Source of the DNA: an uncultured Brachyspira sp.
GTDB taxonomy: Bacteria; Spirochaetota; JAAYUW01
Direction: 5' to 3'
NCBI GenBank assembly: GCA_964454835.1
Contig: CAYVTU010000009.1
Location: forward strand, 8,817 to 72,816
DNA length: 64,000 nucleotides
The notes under the pieces: generated by a model
What the model saw: the letters and a program-made list of their open reading frames with translations, nothing else
Databases searched by the model: none
What the model was told of the DNA's origin: nothing
Shown here: positions 21,310 to 30,525 of the stretch, one piece after another
Numbering within the stretch: the first letter of the stretch is position 1
Layout of the letters: the number at the start of each line of letters is the position of its first letter
Position numbers and translations under genes: made by a program

Positions 21310-22467
21310 TTGGTGTATATAAGGAATTGTATGAATAGAAAAAGAAAGGTAAAAATAAAAAATTTAATATTAATTTCAGTAATTTTTTTTATATTTTTTG
21401 TTATTCCATCTTTTTCTGAAACAAAACCTCAAATTCCTCAAGATAAAATCAAGTATTATGAAGATGTGCTTCTATATGGAACCGAAGAAGAATTGCAGAA
21501 AGCTTTGAGTGAATTATTGTTATATGATGTAACTCCGCTTTTGGATCAGCTTTTAAAGCTGTTAAATTCATCAATTAAACCATCAATAAAAATAGCAATA
21601 ATAAATTGCATTAGAACATTAAAAGATAAATCTCAGATAATTGCTCCTTCGCTGAAAATAATTTTACAAGATAAATATGTAGACAAAAACCTTCTTGCTA
21701 TTACCATACTTGCTTCAGGTGAGTTAGGATTAGTAGAGTTTGAAGATGATCTATTCAATATTTTTAATGATAAAGCAAACAAAGACAATTTAAATTTATT
21801 AAAAAATGTACTTATTTCTCTTGGAAAGATGCAGTCAAAAAAATATATGGAGCAAATTTTTCAATATTTAGTCGATTCCAAAAATAATTCTGAGATAAGA
21901 TCAGCTGCAGCCTTATATTTTTCTGAATTTGAAAGTATAGATGAAAAATATATTCAAAAATTCAATGAAATGGTTATTGATAAAACAGAAAATTCCTATG
22001 TTAGAAGATATCTTCTTTATGCTTTATCAAAATATAAAAATCAATCATCTTATGAATATATTGTCAAAGCTATTAGCGATGAAGATCCATATATTCAAAT
22101 TTATGCTGCAAGGGCATTAAAAGAATATAAATCAGAGCAAGCAATTTCAGTATTATTAAATGCTTTGAGAAGTAATAATCCCTCGGTAAGAATAGAGGTT
22201 TTAAATCTTTTAGGCGAGATTAAAAGTTTAGAACCAATAGATGCCATAATTTATAAAATAATGAATGATAAAGATACAAATGTTAGAAAAGCAGCTAGAG
22301 ATGCTTTTTTAAAAATAGTAGAAGCAAATAAGTCAGCAAGTTTTAATAGTGAGCAAGCAGAAGCAATCAAAAATACTTTACTTTATATATTTAAGTATGA
22401 TCCTTTAGAATCAAATAGATTAAAGGCTAAACAGTTATTGCTTGAGATTTTTAAAATGAGTGTATAG
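21310..22467 (+). CDS. Secreted HEAT/PBS-lyase-like repeat protein
   Basis: Signal peptide followed by repeated ~30-aa helical units (…VRxxAxxALxxI…). Confidence 0.5.
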   Translation: MVYIRNCMNRKRKVKIKNLILISVIFFIFFVIPSFSETKPQIPQDKIKYYEDVLLYGTEEELQKALSELLLYDVTPLLDQLLKLLNSSIKPSIKIAIINCIRTLKDKSQIIAPSLKIILQDKYVDKNLLAITILASGELGLVEFEDDLFNIFNDKANKDNLNLLKNVLISLGKMQSKKYMEQIFQYLVDSKNNSEIRSAAALYFSEFESIDEKYIQKFNEMVIDKTENSYVRRYLLYALSKYKNQSSYEYIVKAISDEDPYIQIYAARALKEYKSEQAISVLLNALRSNNPSVRIEVLNLLGEIKSLEPIDAIIYKIMNDKDTNVRKAARDAFLKIVEANKSASFNSEQAEAIKNTLLYIFKYDPLESNRLKAKQLLLEIFKMSV

Positions 22468-22530
22468 TGTAATTTAATTAGATTTGTTTACTATTTATAA
22501 AATAAAGAACATATAATAAAGGGGTAAAAA

Positions 22531-23616
22531 ATGCCAGATATTGAAAAATCAAAAGAAAAAGAAAAATTAATTGATACAACTATTGAAGCCATTAAAAGAC
22601 AATTTGGCGAAGGTTCAATAATGAAATATGGTGAAAATAAACACCCGGATATCGAGGTTGTTCCAACCGGGTCTTTGGCTCTCGATATTGCCTTAGGAAT
22701 AGGTGGTTTACCTAAAGGAAGAATAATCGAAATTTATGGAGCTGAATCTTCTGGAAAAACCACACTTGCACTACATTCTATAGCTGAAGCTCAGAAACTT
22801 GGAGGTGTTGCAGCATTTATTGACGCTGAGCATGCACTTGATCCTCTATATGCTCAAAAATTGGGAGTAAAAATAGAGGATCTAATAATATCACAACCTG
22901 ATAATGGTGAGCAGGCTTTAGAAATTACCGATGCATTAGTTAAATCAGGCGCAGTAGATTTAATAGTAATAGATTCAGTTGCAGCATTAGTACCAAAATC
23001 AGAGATTGAAGGAGATATGGGAGATTCATTTATAGGTGCACAAGCAAGATTGATGTCTCAAGCTATGAGAAAGCTTACTGGTTCTATATCCAAATCAAAT
23101 ACAATTCTCTTATTTATTAACCAAGTCAGAATGAAAATTTCTACTATACCGTTTGGAAATCCAGAAACCACTCCAGGCGGTCTAGCTTTAAAATTCTATT
23201 CTTCAGTTATTATACATATTAAAAAGCTTGAAAATATTACTCAGGGTGAAGAGATTCTAGGTTCAAGTATTAAAATGACTATTAAAAAGAATAAATTATC
23301 TCCTCCATTTAAGGTTGCTGAAACAGTTTTGTTATATGAAAAAGGATTTTCGAAAGAACTTGAACTTATTGAATTAGGTACAAAACTAGAACTTATAAAA
23401 AAAACAGGAACCTGGTTTAGTTATGAAGATATTAAACTTGGTCAAGGAAAGTTAAATGCAGCTTCTTTTTTAAATACTAATCCAGAAATTTCCATTGAAA
23501 TTGAAAATAAAATTAGAGAATATTATCAGTTAAAGCCATTAAAATTATCTGTAGCAAAAAACAATGATAATAAAAACACTGAAGAAGAGACAAAAAAAGG
23601 GAAAAAGAATGGGTAA
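22531..23616 (+). CDS. recA: Recombinase RecA
   Basis: Motif [36 protein letters not shown] is canonical RecA Walker A and L1 context, in a 361-aa protein. Confidence 0.95.
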   Translation: MPDIEKSKEKEKLIDTTIEAIKRQFGEGSIMKYGENKHPDIEVVPTGSLALDIALGIGGLPKGRIIEIYGAESSGKTTLALHSIAEAQKLGGVAAFIDAEHALDPLYAQKLGVKIEDLIISQPDNGEQALEITDALVKSGAVDLIVIDSVAALVPKSEIEGDMGDSFIGAQARLMSQAMRKLTGSISKSNTILLFINQVRMKISTIPFGNPETTPGGLALKFYSSVIIHIKKLENITQGEEILGSSIKMTIKKNKLSPPFKVAETVLLYEKGFSKELELIELGTKLELIKKTGTWFSYEDIKLGQGKLNAASFLNTNPEISIEIENKIREYYQLKPLKLSVAKNNDNKNTEEETKKGKKNG

Positions 23617-24409
23617 TACTATTCCATTGAACATTGGATTCTCTGGTAGTCTTGGACAGATGAGTCAATCAATAATAAATCTTGCCTTAAAGGATGAGTC
23701 TTTTAATATAACTGCTCTTTATGAACCTCAAAAAAAATTATCTGAAAATGATTTTATAATTACAAAATATGGCAAATTATCCCATAGTAGTGATATAAAT
23801 GTTTTAGAAAAGACTGATATAATTCTAGATTTTTCGCATGATATTAATACTTATAATACTCTTCTTCTTGCTAAAAAGTTCAAGAAAAAAGCTGTTATTG
23901 GAACTACTAAATTATCACAAAAAACTAGAGATTTGATGGATGAAGTAAGCAAAATAACAGCAATATTTTATTCTCCAAATATGAGTTATGGTATAAATGC
24001 TTTTTTTTCTTTAATACCATATTTTCTTGAGAAATTTTGTGATTTTGATATTGAAATAATAGAAACCCATCATAGAAGAAAGAAAGATGCACCTTCTGGA
24101 ACAGCTTTAAAAATATTTGATATTATAAAGAAAAACAAAGAAGAAATAATTCCTGTTTTTGACAGAAGTAAATTAGATAGATCAAGAGAAAACAAAGAAA
24201 TAGGAATATCATCAATTAGAGGTGGTGGGGTATATGGAAATCACTCCATTTTATTCCTTGGTGAAAATGAAGAAATTGAATTCACGCACAGGATGCTCAA
24301 TAAAGATTCTTTAGCAAAAGGAGCTCTTATAGCTACAAAGTATATATCATGTAAGAATAAAGGGCTTTTTTATTACGAAAATTTATTAGAAGAAAAATTT
24401 AATAGCTGA
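23609..24409 (+). CDS. dapB: 4-hydroxy-tetrahydrodipicolinate reductase DapB
   Basis: [14 protein letters not shown] motif (DapB E-HHxxKxDAPSGTA) and an N-terminal Rossmann GxxGxxG. The internal start MGNT overlaps the recA stop by 8 nt. Confidence 0.7.
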   Translation: MGNTIPLNIGFSGSLGQMSQSIINLALKDESFNITALYEPQKKLSENDFIITKYGKLSHSSDINVLEKTDIILDFSHDINTYNTLLLAKKFKKKAVIGTTKLSQKTRDLMDEVSKITAIFYSPNMSYGINAFFSLIPYFLEKFCDFDIEIIETHHRRKKDAPSGTALKIFDIIKKNKEEIIPVFDRSKLDRSRENKEIGISSIRGGGVYGNHSILFLGENEEIEFTHRMLNKDSLAKGALIATKYISCKNKGLFYYENLLEEKFNS

Positions 24410-24416
24410 GTATAAT

Positions 24417-24845
24417 ATGAAAAATATTCCAGTTGAATGTCTTTTAATACTTGGTTCTTCAAAAAATAATGGAGAACAGATACTTAAAGATGCATTAATA
24501 GAAATCTCAAAGTATTATTTCATTAAAAAGCAGAGCGGAATAATGAAAACTGCTGCTTATGGAGTTGATTTTACCGATTTTTTTTATAATCAAGCTGTTT
24601 GGTTAGAATCTTCTATGTCTATACATTCTATGATAAACAAACTTCATAAGATTGAAAAAAGTTTTGGACAGAAAAGGAAAAACCAATTCTGGGGAGACAG
24701 AATACTTGATATAGATATAATTTATGTTGGAAATCTTTTATACTATGATTCACAAATAAATATTCCTCATGAAAGTATCTATTCCCGTGAATATATTAAA
24801 AATCTAATAGAAGATATAGGATGGACAAATGAAAAACTTTGGTAG
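24417..24845 (+). CDS. folK: 6-hydroxymethyl-7,8-dihydropterin pyrophosphokinase (HPPK, FolK)
   Basis: 142 aa with LDIDIIYVG and IPHE motifs typical of HPPK. Confidence 0.6.
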   Translation: MKNIPVECLLILGSSKNNGEQILKDALIEISKYYFIKKQSGIMKTAAYGVDFTDFFYNQAVWLESSMSIHSMINKLHKIEKSFGQKRKNQFWGDRILDIDIIYVGNLLYYDSQINIPHESIYSREYIKNLIEDIGWTNEKLW

Positions 24846-25623
24846 TTTTCAGAAAAAAAAGAGACAACATATACCACTAGTACTTATTACAGCATATTCT
24901 TATTCATTTGCCAAAATTGTAGATGATATTGAAGATATAGATGCAATTTTAGTAGGAGATTCGGTTGCAAATGTTGAATATGGTTATAATTCTACATTAC
25001 CTATTACATTTGAACAGATGCTAAACCATGTAACAATCGTATCTCGAACATGTGTAAATAAACCTGTCATAGCCGATATGCCTTTTTTATCTTATGGAGC
25101 CTCGATAAATGATTCTATTATTAATTGTGGAAGAATGATAAAAGAAGGTGGGGCTAATGCTATTAAAATTGAAGGTGGAAAGATATTTGGCGAATTAGTA
25201 TATAAATTAACTTCTTTAGGTATTCCTGTAATGGGGCATATTGGTTTAAAGCCTCAGCATTATAATATAATGGGTGGTTATAAAATTGCTGGTAAGACTG
25301 ATGATGAGATAGAAGAACTAATAGATGATGCAGTTACATTAGAACAAGCAGGAGCTTTTTCTATCATACTTGAATGCGTTACAGAAGAAGCATCAAAAGC
25401 AATAACAAATTCTGTATCTATACCTACAATTGGGATAGGTTCAGGAAAATTTTGTGATGGTCAAATTTGCGTTATTAATGATTTGCTTGGATTATCTTCT
25501 TATATTCCTTCTTTTATGGAAAAATATATAGATCTTTTTTCATTATCTAAAGAAGCCATACAAAAATGGGCAAAAGATGTTATGGATAATCAATTTCCTA
25601 AAAATGCATATCATAAAGGCTAG
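24829..25623 (+). CDS. panB: 3-methyl-2-oxobutanoate hydroxymethyltransferase PanB
   Basis: Motifs TAYSYSFA…ILVGDSVANVEYGYNST match the PanB N-terminal signature, at a length of 264 aa. Confidence 0.8.
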   Translation: MKNFGSFQKKKRQHIPLVLITAYSYSFAKIVDDIEDIDAILVGDSVANVEYGYNSTLPITFEQMLNHVTIVSRTCVNKPVIADMPFLSYGASINDSIINCGRMIKEGGANAIKIEGGKIFGELVYKLTSLGIPVMGHIGLKPQHYNIMGGYKIAGKTDDEIEELIDDAVTLEQAGAFSIILECVTEEASKAITNSVSIPTIGIGSGKFCDGQICVINDLLGLSSYIPSFMEKYIDLFSLSKEAIQKWAKDVMDNQFPKNAYHKG

Positions 25624-25631
25624 TTATTATT

Positions 25632-26483
25632 ATGATTATTATTAAAGAATCTAAAATTATTCAAAAAGAGCTCATTGAATTAAAGAAGAAAAATAAAAAA
25701 ATTGGATTTGTTCCAACTATGGGGGCATTGCACCAAGGACATATTTCATTGATAAGAGAAGCAAAAAAAGAAAATGATATAGTTGTAGTATCTATTTTTG
25801 TAAACCCCAAGCAATTTGGTCCAAACGAAGATTTTAGCAAATATCCTAGATTGCATGAACAGGATAGTGCTCTTTGTGAAAAAGAAACTGTTGATTTTCT
25901 TTTTTTACCCGATGAAAAATCTTTTTATGAACCTGATCATTTAACTTATGTTGAAGTTGAGAATTTAAGTAATATACATTGTGGAAAAACAAGACCAGGG
26001 CATTTTAGAGGTGTTACAACTGTTGTTTTAAAATTATTTAACATTGTACAACCAGATAAAGCTTATTTTGGTAAAAAAGATTTTCAACAACTTACTATCA
26101 TTAAAAAAATGGTGAAAGATTTATCTTTACCAATTGAAATAATAGGCTGTCCAATAATAAGAGATTTTGATGGGCTGGCTCTTTCATCAAGAAACAAGTA
26201 TTTAACTGAAGAAGAAAGAAAAAGTGCATTATCAATTTCTAAAAGTCTAATTAAAGCAAAAGAATTAATATTAAACAAAGAAAGAAATCCAGAGAAAATT
26301 TATAAAATAATTTTTAATATTCTTAATGCTACTCCAAACTTAAAAATAGATTATATCAGTATAGTAGATGATAAATTACTGCTTCCCATTACTAAAATCG
26401 AAAACAATTCAGTGATACTTTTAGCCTGTTATGTTGGAACAACCAGATTAATAGATAATCTACATTGCCAAGATTTTTTATGA
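25632..26483 (+). CDS. panC: Pantoate--beta-alanine ligase PanC
   Basis: Motif GFVPTMGALHQGHISLIREA is the PanC HIGH-like signature, at a length of 283 aa. Confidence 0.85.
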   Translation: MIIIKESKIIQKELIELKKKNKKIGFVPTMGALHQGHISLIREAKKENDIVVVSIFVNPKQFGPNEDFSKYPRLHEQDSALCEKETVDFLFLPDEKSFYEPDHLTYVEVENLSNIHCGKTRPGHFRGVTTVVLKLFNIVQPDKAYFGKKDFQQLTIIKKMVKDLSLPIEIIGCPIIRDFDGLALSSRNKYLTEEERKSALSISKSLIKAKELILNKERNPEKIYKIIFNILNATPNLKIDYISIVDDKLLLPITKIENNSVILLACYVGTTRLIDNLHCQDFL

Positions 26484-26511
26484 TAAAATATATTTTAACT
26501 CTTCTATTTAT

Positions 26512-26538
26512 TTGACTTTTTTATATTGTTTGTATACT
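26512..26538 (+). promoter_or_regulatory. Candidate sigma70-type promoter upstream of rpsA
   Basis: TTGACT (26512-26517), a 15-nt spacer, then the extended -10 TG-TATACT (26531-26538), about 35 nt upstream of the rpsA start. Confidence 0.3.
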
Positions 26539-26572
26539 TTCGTAGACATCATTTTCTCAAAGGATAGTAATT

Positions 26573-28222
26573 ATGCATGAAAAAACTTTAGATTTTAGCA
26601 AGGAAATTGAAAATTCGCTAAGAAATATTAAAGAACCCAGAGCAAATACTCTAATAAAAGGTAAAATAGTTTCAATCACTCCAGTAGAAGTCTTTGTTGA
26701 TATTGATTGGACTCAAGAAATAGTAATTCCTATAGAAGAATTCACTACTTCCCCTACAATATTAGATACCATTGAAGTTTTTTGTTACACAGATAAAGAA
26801 GGAGAAATTCAATTTAGCAAAATTAAAGCTGATGAAATTAAAAAAAAGGATGAAATTTTTTATAAATATAAAAATCTTATTCCTGTTGAAGGGAAAATAT
26901 TAGCAATATCTAGAGATAAAAAATACTTTTCAGTAGATATACAGGGGATAAAAGCAATTTGTTATGTTGATAACCTTATCCAGGAACAAAAGGAAGATCT
27001 CTCAAGTTTTATTGGTAAAGAATATAAGTTTTTAGTGAAATCAGCAAACTCTAATAGAATTGTTGTTTCTCATAAAGACTATTTAGCTAACCAGACTAAA
27101 ATAGAACGAGATAGGTTTTTTAAAGAACAAAAGATAGGCAATACAGTAGAAGCAATAGTCAAAAAAATTGTCAATGATAATAAAGGTATTGAAGTAGATA
27201 TAGGTGGGTTTACAGGTTTTGTTCCTTTTTCTGAATTATCATATTCACGTTATAAATCTATTGAAGAAATTGTTACAATAGATGAAAAACTTAAATTAAA
27301 AATAATAGATTTAACTCAAGAAAAAAATAGAATTATTCTTTCTTTAAAAAGAACAAAAATAAATCCTTGGATTTCTTTATCCATAAAAAAGAATGATGTA
27401 GTTAAAGGGATTGTTCGAGAAATTAGTGAAAATGGAATAGTCGTCGAGATTGATGAGGGAATAACTGGTTTTATTTCAAAAAAAGATTTTTCCTGGTTTG
27501 AAAGTAGTAATGAAGAACATAAAAACATTAAAATTGGATCTTATCTTGAGGCTATGGTGTTAATGATAGATAAGAAAAATCACAAAATTTCTTTGGGATT
27601 AAAGCAACTGACTCCTCATCCATGGGATCAATTTATTGAAAAACATGAAGAAAAGACAATAGTGAAAGGAAAGATTTCTAGAGTAGTAGATTTTGGTTTC
27701 TTTGTTGAATTAGATAAAGGGGTAGATGGCTTACTTCATAAGAATGAATTATCATGGAATAAGCAGGAAGAGGTATATAAAGATTTAAGCGAAAAGATTG
27801 GAAAAGAAATAGATGTTTTACTTGATTCAATAAACAAAGAAAAAAGACAGATATCCTTATCTTTAAAAAAATTATCCAATGATCCATGGAAAATTGTTCA
27901 GACTACTTATCCAGTAGGTACTATTACTGAAGTAATAATTTCAGAGATTGAGGAAAAAAGGTTAAAAGCAGTTATAATTGAAAATATCGATGGTATAATT
28001 CCTATATCTGAAGCTTCATTAGATACAATTTATTCATTGAAAGATAATTTCAAGATTGGAGACAAAGTAACTGTAAAAGTTAAAAAGATTGAACCTAAAA
28101 AAGGTTCCATTTTGCTTTCTATAAAAGACTATCTTGAACAACAACAAGAAGCTGAAATTAAAGAATTTAAATATAATGCACAGAGCTCTAAAATAACTTT
28201 TGCTGATTTAATAAAAAAGTAG
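26573..28222 (+). CDS. rpsA: 30S ribosomal protein S1
   Basis: 549 aa built from repeated S1 RNA-binding domains (…GxVxGxVxxIxxFGxFVxL…). Confidence 0.85.
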   Translation: MHEKTLDFSKEIENSLRNIKEPRANTLIKGKIVSITPVEVFVDIDWTQEIVIPIEEFTTSPTILDTIEVFCYTDKEGEIQFSKIKADEIKKKDEIFYKYKNLIPVEGKILAISRDKKYFSVDIQGIKAICYVDNLIQEQKEDLSSFIGKEYKFLVKSANSNRIVVSHKDYLANQTKIERDRFFKEQKIGNTVEAIVKKIVNDNKGIEVDIGGFTGFVPFSELSYSRYKSIEEIVTIDEKLKLKIIDLTQEKNRIILSLKRTKINPWISLSIKKNDVVKGIVREISENGIVVEIDEGITGFISKKDFSWFESSNEEHKNIKIGSYLEAMVLMIDKKNHKISLGLKQLTPHPWDQFIEKHEEKTIVKGKISRVVDFGFFVELDKGVDGLLHKNELSWNKQEEVYKDLSEKIGKEIDVLLDSINKEKRQISLSLKKLSNDPWKIVQTTYPVGTITEVIISEIEEKRLKAVIIENIDGIIPISEASLDTIYSLKDNFKIGDKVTVKVKKIEPKKGSILLSIKDYLEQQQEAEIKEFKYNAQSSKITFADLIKK

Positions 28223-28231
28223 AGTAAACTA

Positions 28232-29734
28232 ATGCTGGATATAGAAAAGATAACCAAAATACTAGAAGTATTTTCGACTTTAACAAAAACCGTCCAAATT
28301 GAAGAACTACTAAAATTAATAATCGATAATGCTACTAATGTCATAGAAGCAGAAGCATCTTCGTTGTTATTATTTGATGATGATAGAGAAAATCTTTATT
28401 TTTTTATTGTTACAGGTGAAAAAAGAGATGAGATAAAAAGGCAAGAATATGAGCTAAAACCAGGGCAGGGCATCGCAGGATGGGTTGCTAAATATGGTTC
28501 TCCTCTTATTGTCAATAATGTTGAAGAAGATCCAAGATTTTTTCCTGATATATCTAAAGAAATTCAATTTAAAACAAGAAACATTTTATGTACACCTTTA
28601 ATCATCGAAGATACAATAATTGGAGTAATAGAACTACTAAATAAAATAGGTGGAGATTTTACAGAAGAAGATCAAATTCTCTTAACAGCTTTTTCAAAGC
28701 AATGTTCAATTCTAATTCAGCAAAAAAAGATATTTCATCAACTCAAAAATAAAACTGAATATCTTGAATCTCAGTTAAATACATATAAAATATCAAGAAA
28801 AATAATCGGAGACTCTCCAATTTTGAAAGAAAAATTAAAAATGGCTGAAATAGTTGCCAATTCGGATTCTACAGTTTTGCTTCAAGGAGAGTCTGGCACA
28901 GGAAAAGAATTATTTGCTGAACTTATTCACAATTTATCAAAAAGAAAATCAAAACCATTTATTAAAGTAAATTGTGCCGCAATTCCTGATACTTTGCTGG
29001 AATCAGAATTATTTGGATATCAAAAAGGTGCTTTTACAGGAGCAATCAAAGATACAATTGGTAAACTGGAACTAGCTGATGGAGGAACAGTTTTTTTAGA
29101 TGAAATTGGAGAAATACCATTATCAACGCAGGCAAAATTACTTCGTTTTCTTGAATCAAAAGAAATACAGAAACTTGGTTCAAGTTTACCTTTTGCAGTA
29201 AACGTCAGGATTATTGCTGCTACAAATAAAGATTTACCTTCTGAAATAGCAAATAAAAAATTTAGAGAAGATCTTTATTATAGATTAAATGTATTTCCTA
29301 TTTATCTTCCTCCATTACGAGATAGATCGGAAGATATTCCTGTCCTTGCAAATCATTTTGTTGAAAAATATAACAAAGAATTAAATAAACATATCAATTT
29401 AATATCTGAAGAAGCATTAAAAAAATTGCTAGATTATCATTGGCCTGGCAATATAAGAGAACTTGAAAATATTATAGAACGCTCATGCGTGTTATGTGAT
29501 GGAAATGAGATAAAAGATGAGCAGATTCTTTTAAATATAAAAAATCCTACAACTTCATTATCGTTGGAAAAAATAATACCGTTGAAAGATGCTATAAATC
29601 AATTTAAAAAAGAATATATTACGGATGTATTGAATAAGAATAGCTGGAGACAGAACGAAACAGCTCGACAACTCGAAATTCAACGAACATATCTTTCCAG
29701 ATTAATTAAAGAACTTGATATTAATAAAAATTAA
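28232..29734 (+). CDS. Sigma-54-dependent transcriptional activator with N-terminal GAF domain
   Basis: GAF-like N-terminus, an AAA+ core (GESGTGKELFA, the GAFTGA-type loop region, ESELFGY) and a C-terminal HTH (…RQNETARQLEIQRTYLSRLIK). It has no receiver domain. Confidence 0.8.
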   Translation: MLDIEKITKILEVFSTLTKTVQIEELLKLIIDNATNVIEAEASSLLLFDDDRENLYFFIVTGEKRDEIKRQEYELKPGQGIAGWVAKYGSPLIVNNVEEDPRFFPDISKEIQFKTRNILCTPLIIEDTIIGVIELLNKIGGDFTEEDQILLTAFSKQCSILIQQKKIFHQLKNKTEYLESQLNTYKISRKIIGDSPILKEKLKMAEIVANSDSTVLLQGESGTGKELFAELIHNLSKRKSKPFIKVNCAAIPDTLLESELFGYQKGAFTGAIKDTIGKLELADGGTVFLDEIGEIPLSTQAKLLRFLESKEIQKLGSSLPFAVNVRIIAATNKDLPSEIANKKFREDLYYRLNVFPIYLPPLRDRSEDIPVLANHFVEKYNKELNKHINLISEEALKKLLDYHWPGNIRELENIIERSCVLCDGNEIKDEQILLNIKNPTTSLSLEKIIPLKDAINQFKKEYITDVLNKNSWRQNETARQLEIQRTYLSRLIKELDINKN

Positions 29735-29739
29735 ACTGC

Positions 29740-30480
29740 TTGGGAGTATTTATGAAACAATTGAACAGACCTATAAGAAAAAATTATCCTACAACATTTA
29801 GTTACAACGTCGACCTTTTATTTTATTATCTAAAAAAAAATAGGATAATTTTCTTAATTTCTTTTATTATTATTTTTGTTTTTACTATAGGAATATTTAC
29901 ATATAGTCTTATAGCTCAAAACAATGCTAAAAAATCATTAATTCTAATGGAATCCGTATATGATAATGTTACTTTATATATAGATAAATATAGCACAATA
30001 AATAACAAAGAAGAATTAAGATCCAAAATTGATCCTATTTTGGAAAAGATAATTAAAAAATATCCAAATACTATTGAAGCTACAAGAGCTCATTATTATC
30101 TTGCTTTAATGGATTTTCTTGATCAAAAATTTGATAATACAATTATACATCTTAAAAAAATAATTAAAAAAAATACTCATTTTTCGATTAATGTATATTT
30201 TGGAATAATTCAATCATATATAAATAAAGAAGATTTTGCAAATGCTGAAAAATATGGTTTGATGATGTATAAGAAATTCAAGAAGAATAATTTTGGCGCA
30301 TTGGCATGTTATCTTTTAGGAAAAATATATGAAATCCAGAAAGATCCAAATAAAGCTTTAGAATATTATCACAAAATAGAAAGAGACTATGGTTCTTCTT
30401 ATTTGGCTATGGATCAAAAGATAAAGAATAATATTCTTTTATATGAAATAGAAAGCAAAATGTTGCCAAACATCAAATAG
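29740..30480 (+). CDS. Membrane-anchored TPR-like protein
   Basis: One TM helix, then Tyr-rich helical repeats (…ALEYYHKIERDYGSS…). No specific family recognised. Confidence 0.35.
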   Translation: MGVFMKQLNRPIRKNYPTTFSYNVDLLFYYLKKNRIIFLISFIIIFVFTIGIFTYSLIAQNNAKKSLILMESVYDNVTLYIDKYSTINNKEELRSKIDPILEKIIKKYPNTIEATRAHYYLALMDFLDQKFDNTIIHLKKIIKKNTHFSINVYFGIIQSYINKEDFANAEKYGLMMYKKFKKNNFGALACYLLGKIYEIQKDPNKALEYYHKIERDYGSSYLAMDQKIKNNILLYEIESKMLPNIK

Positions 30481-30525
30481 ATAATATAATATAAATATAA
30501 AGTAAATAATTTAAAAGAGGCAACA

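Noticed and set aside
28232-30525. Sigma54 -24/-12 promoter (TGGCAC-N5-TTGC) near the GAF-sigma54 activator
   Set aside because: No GG-N10-GC match was found in the intergenic regions of this window.
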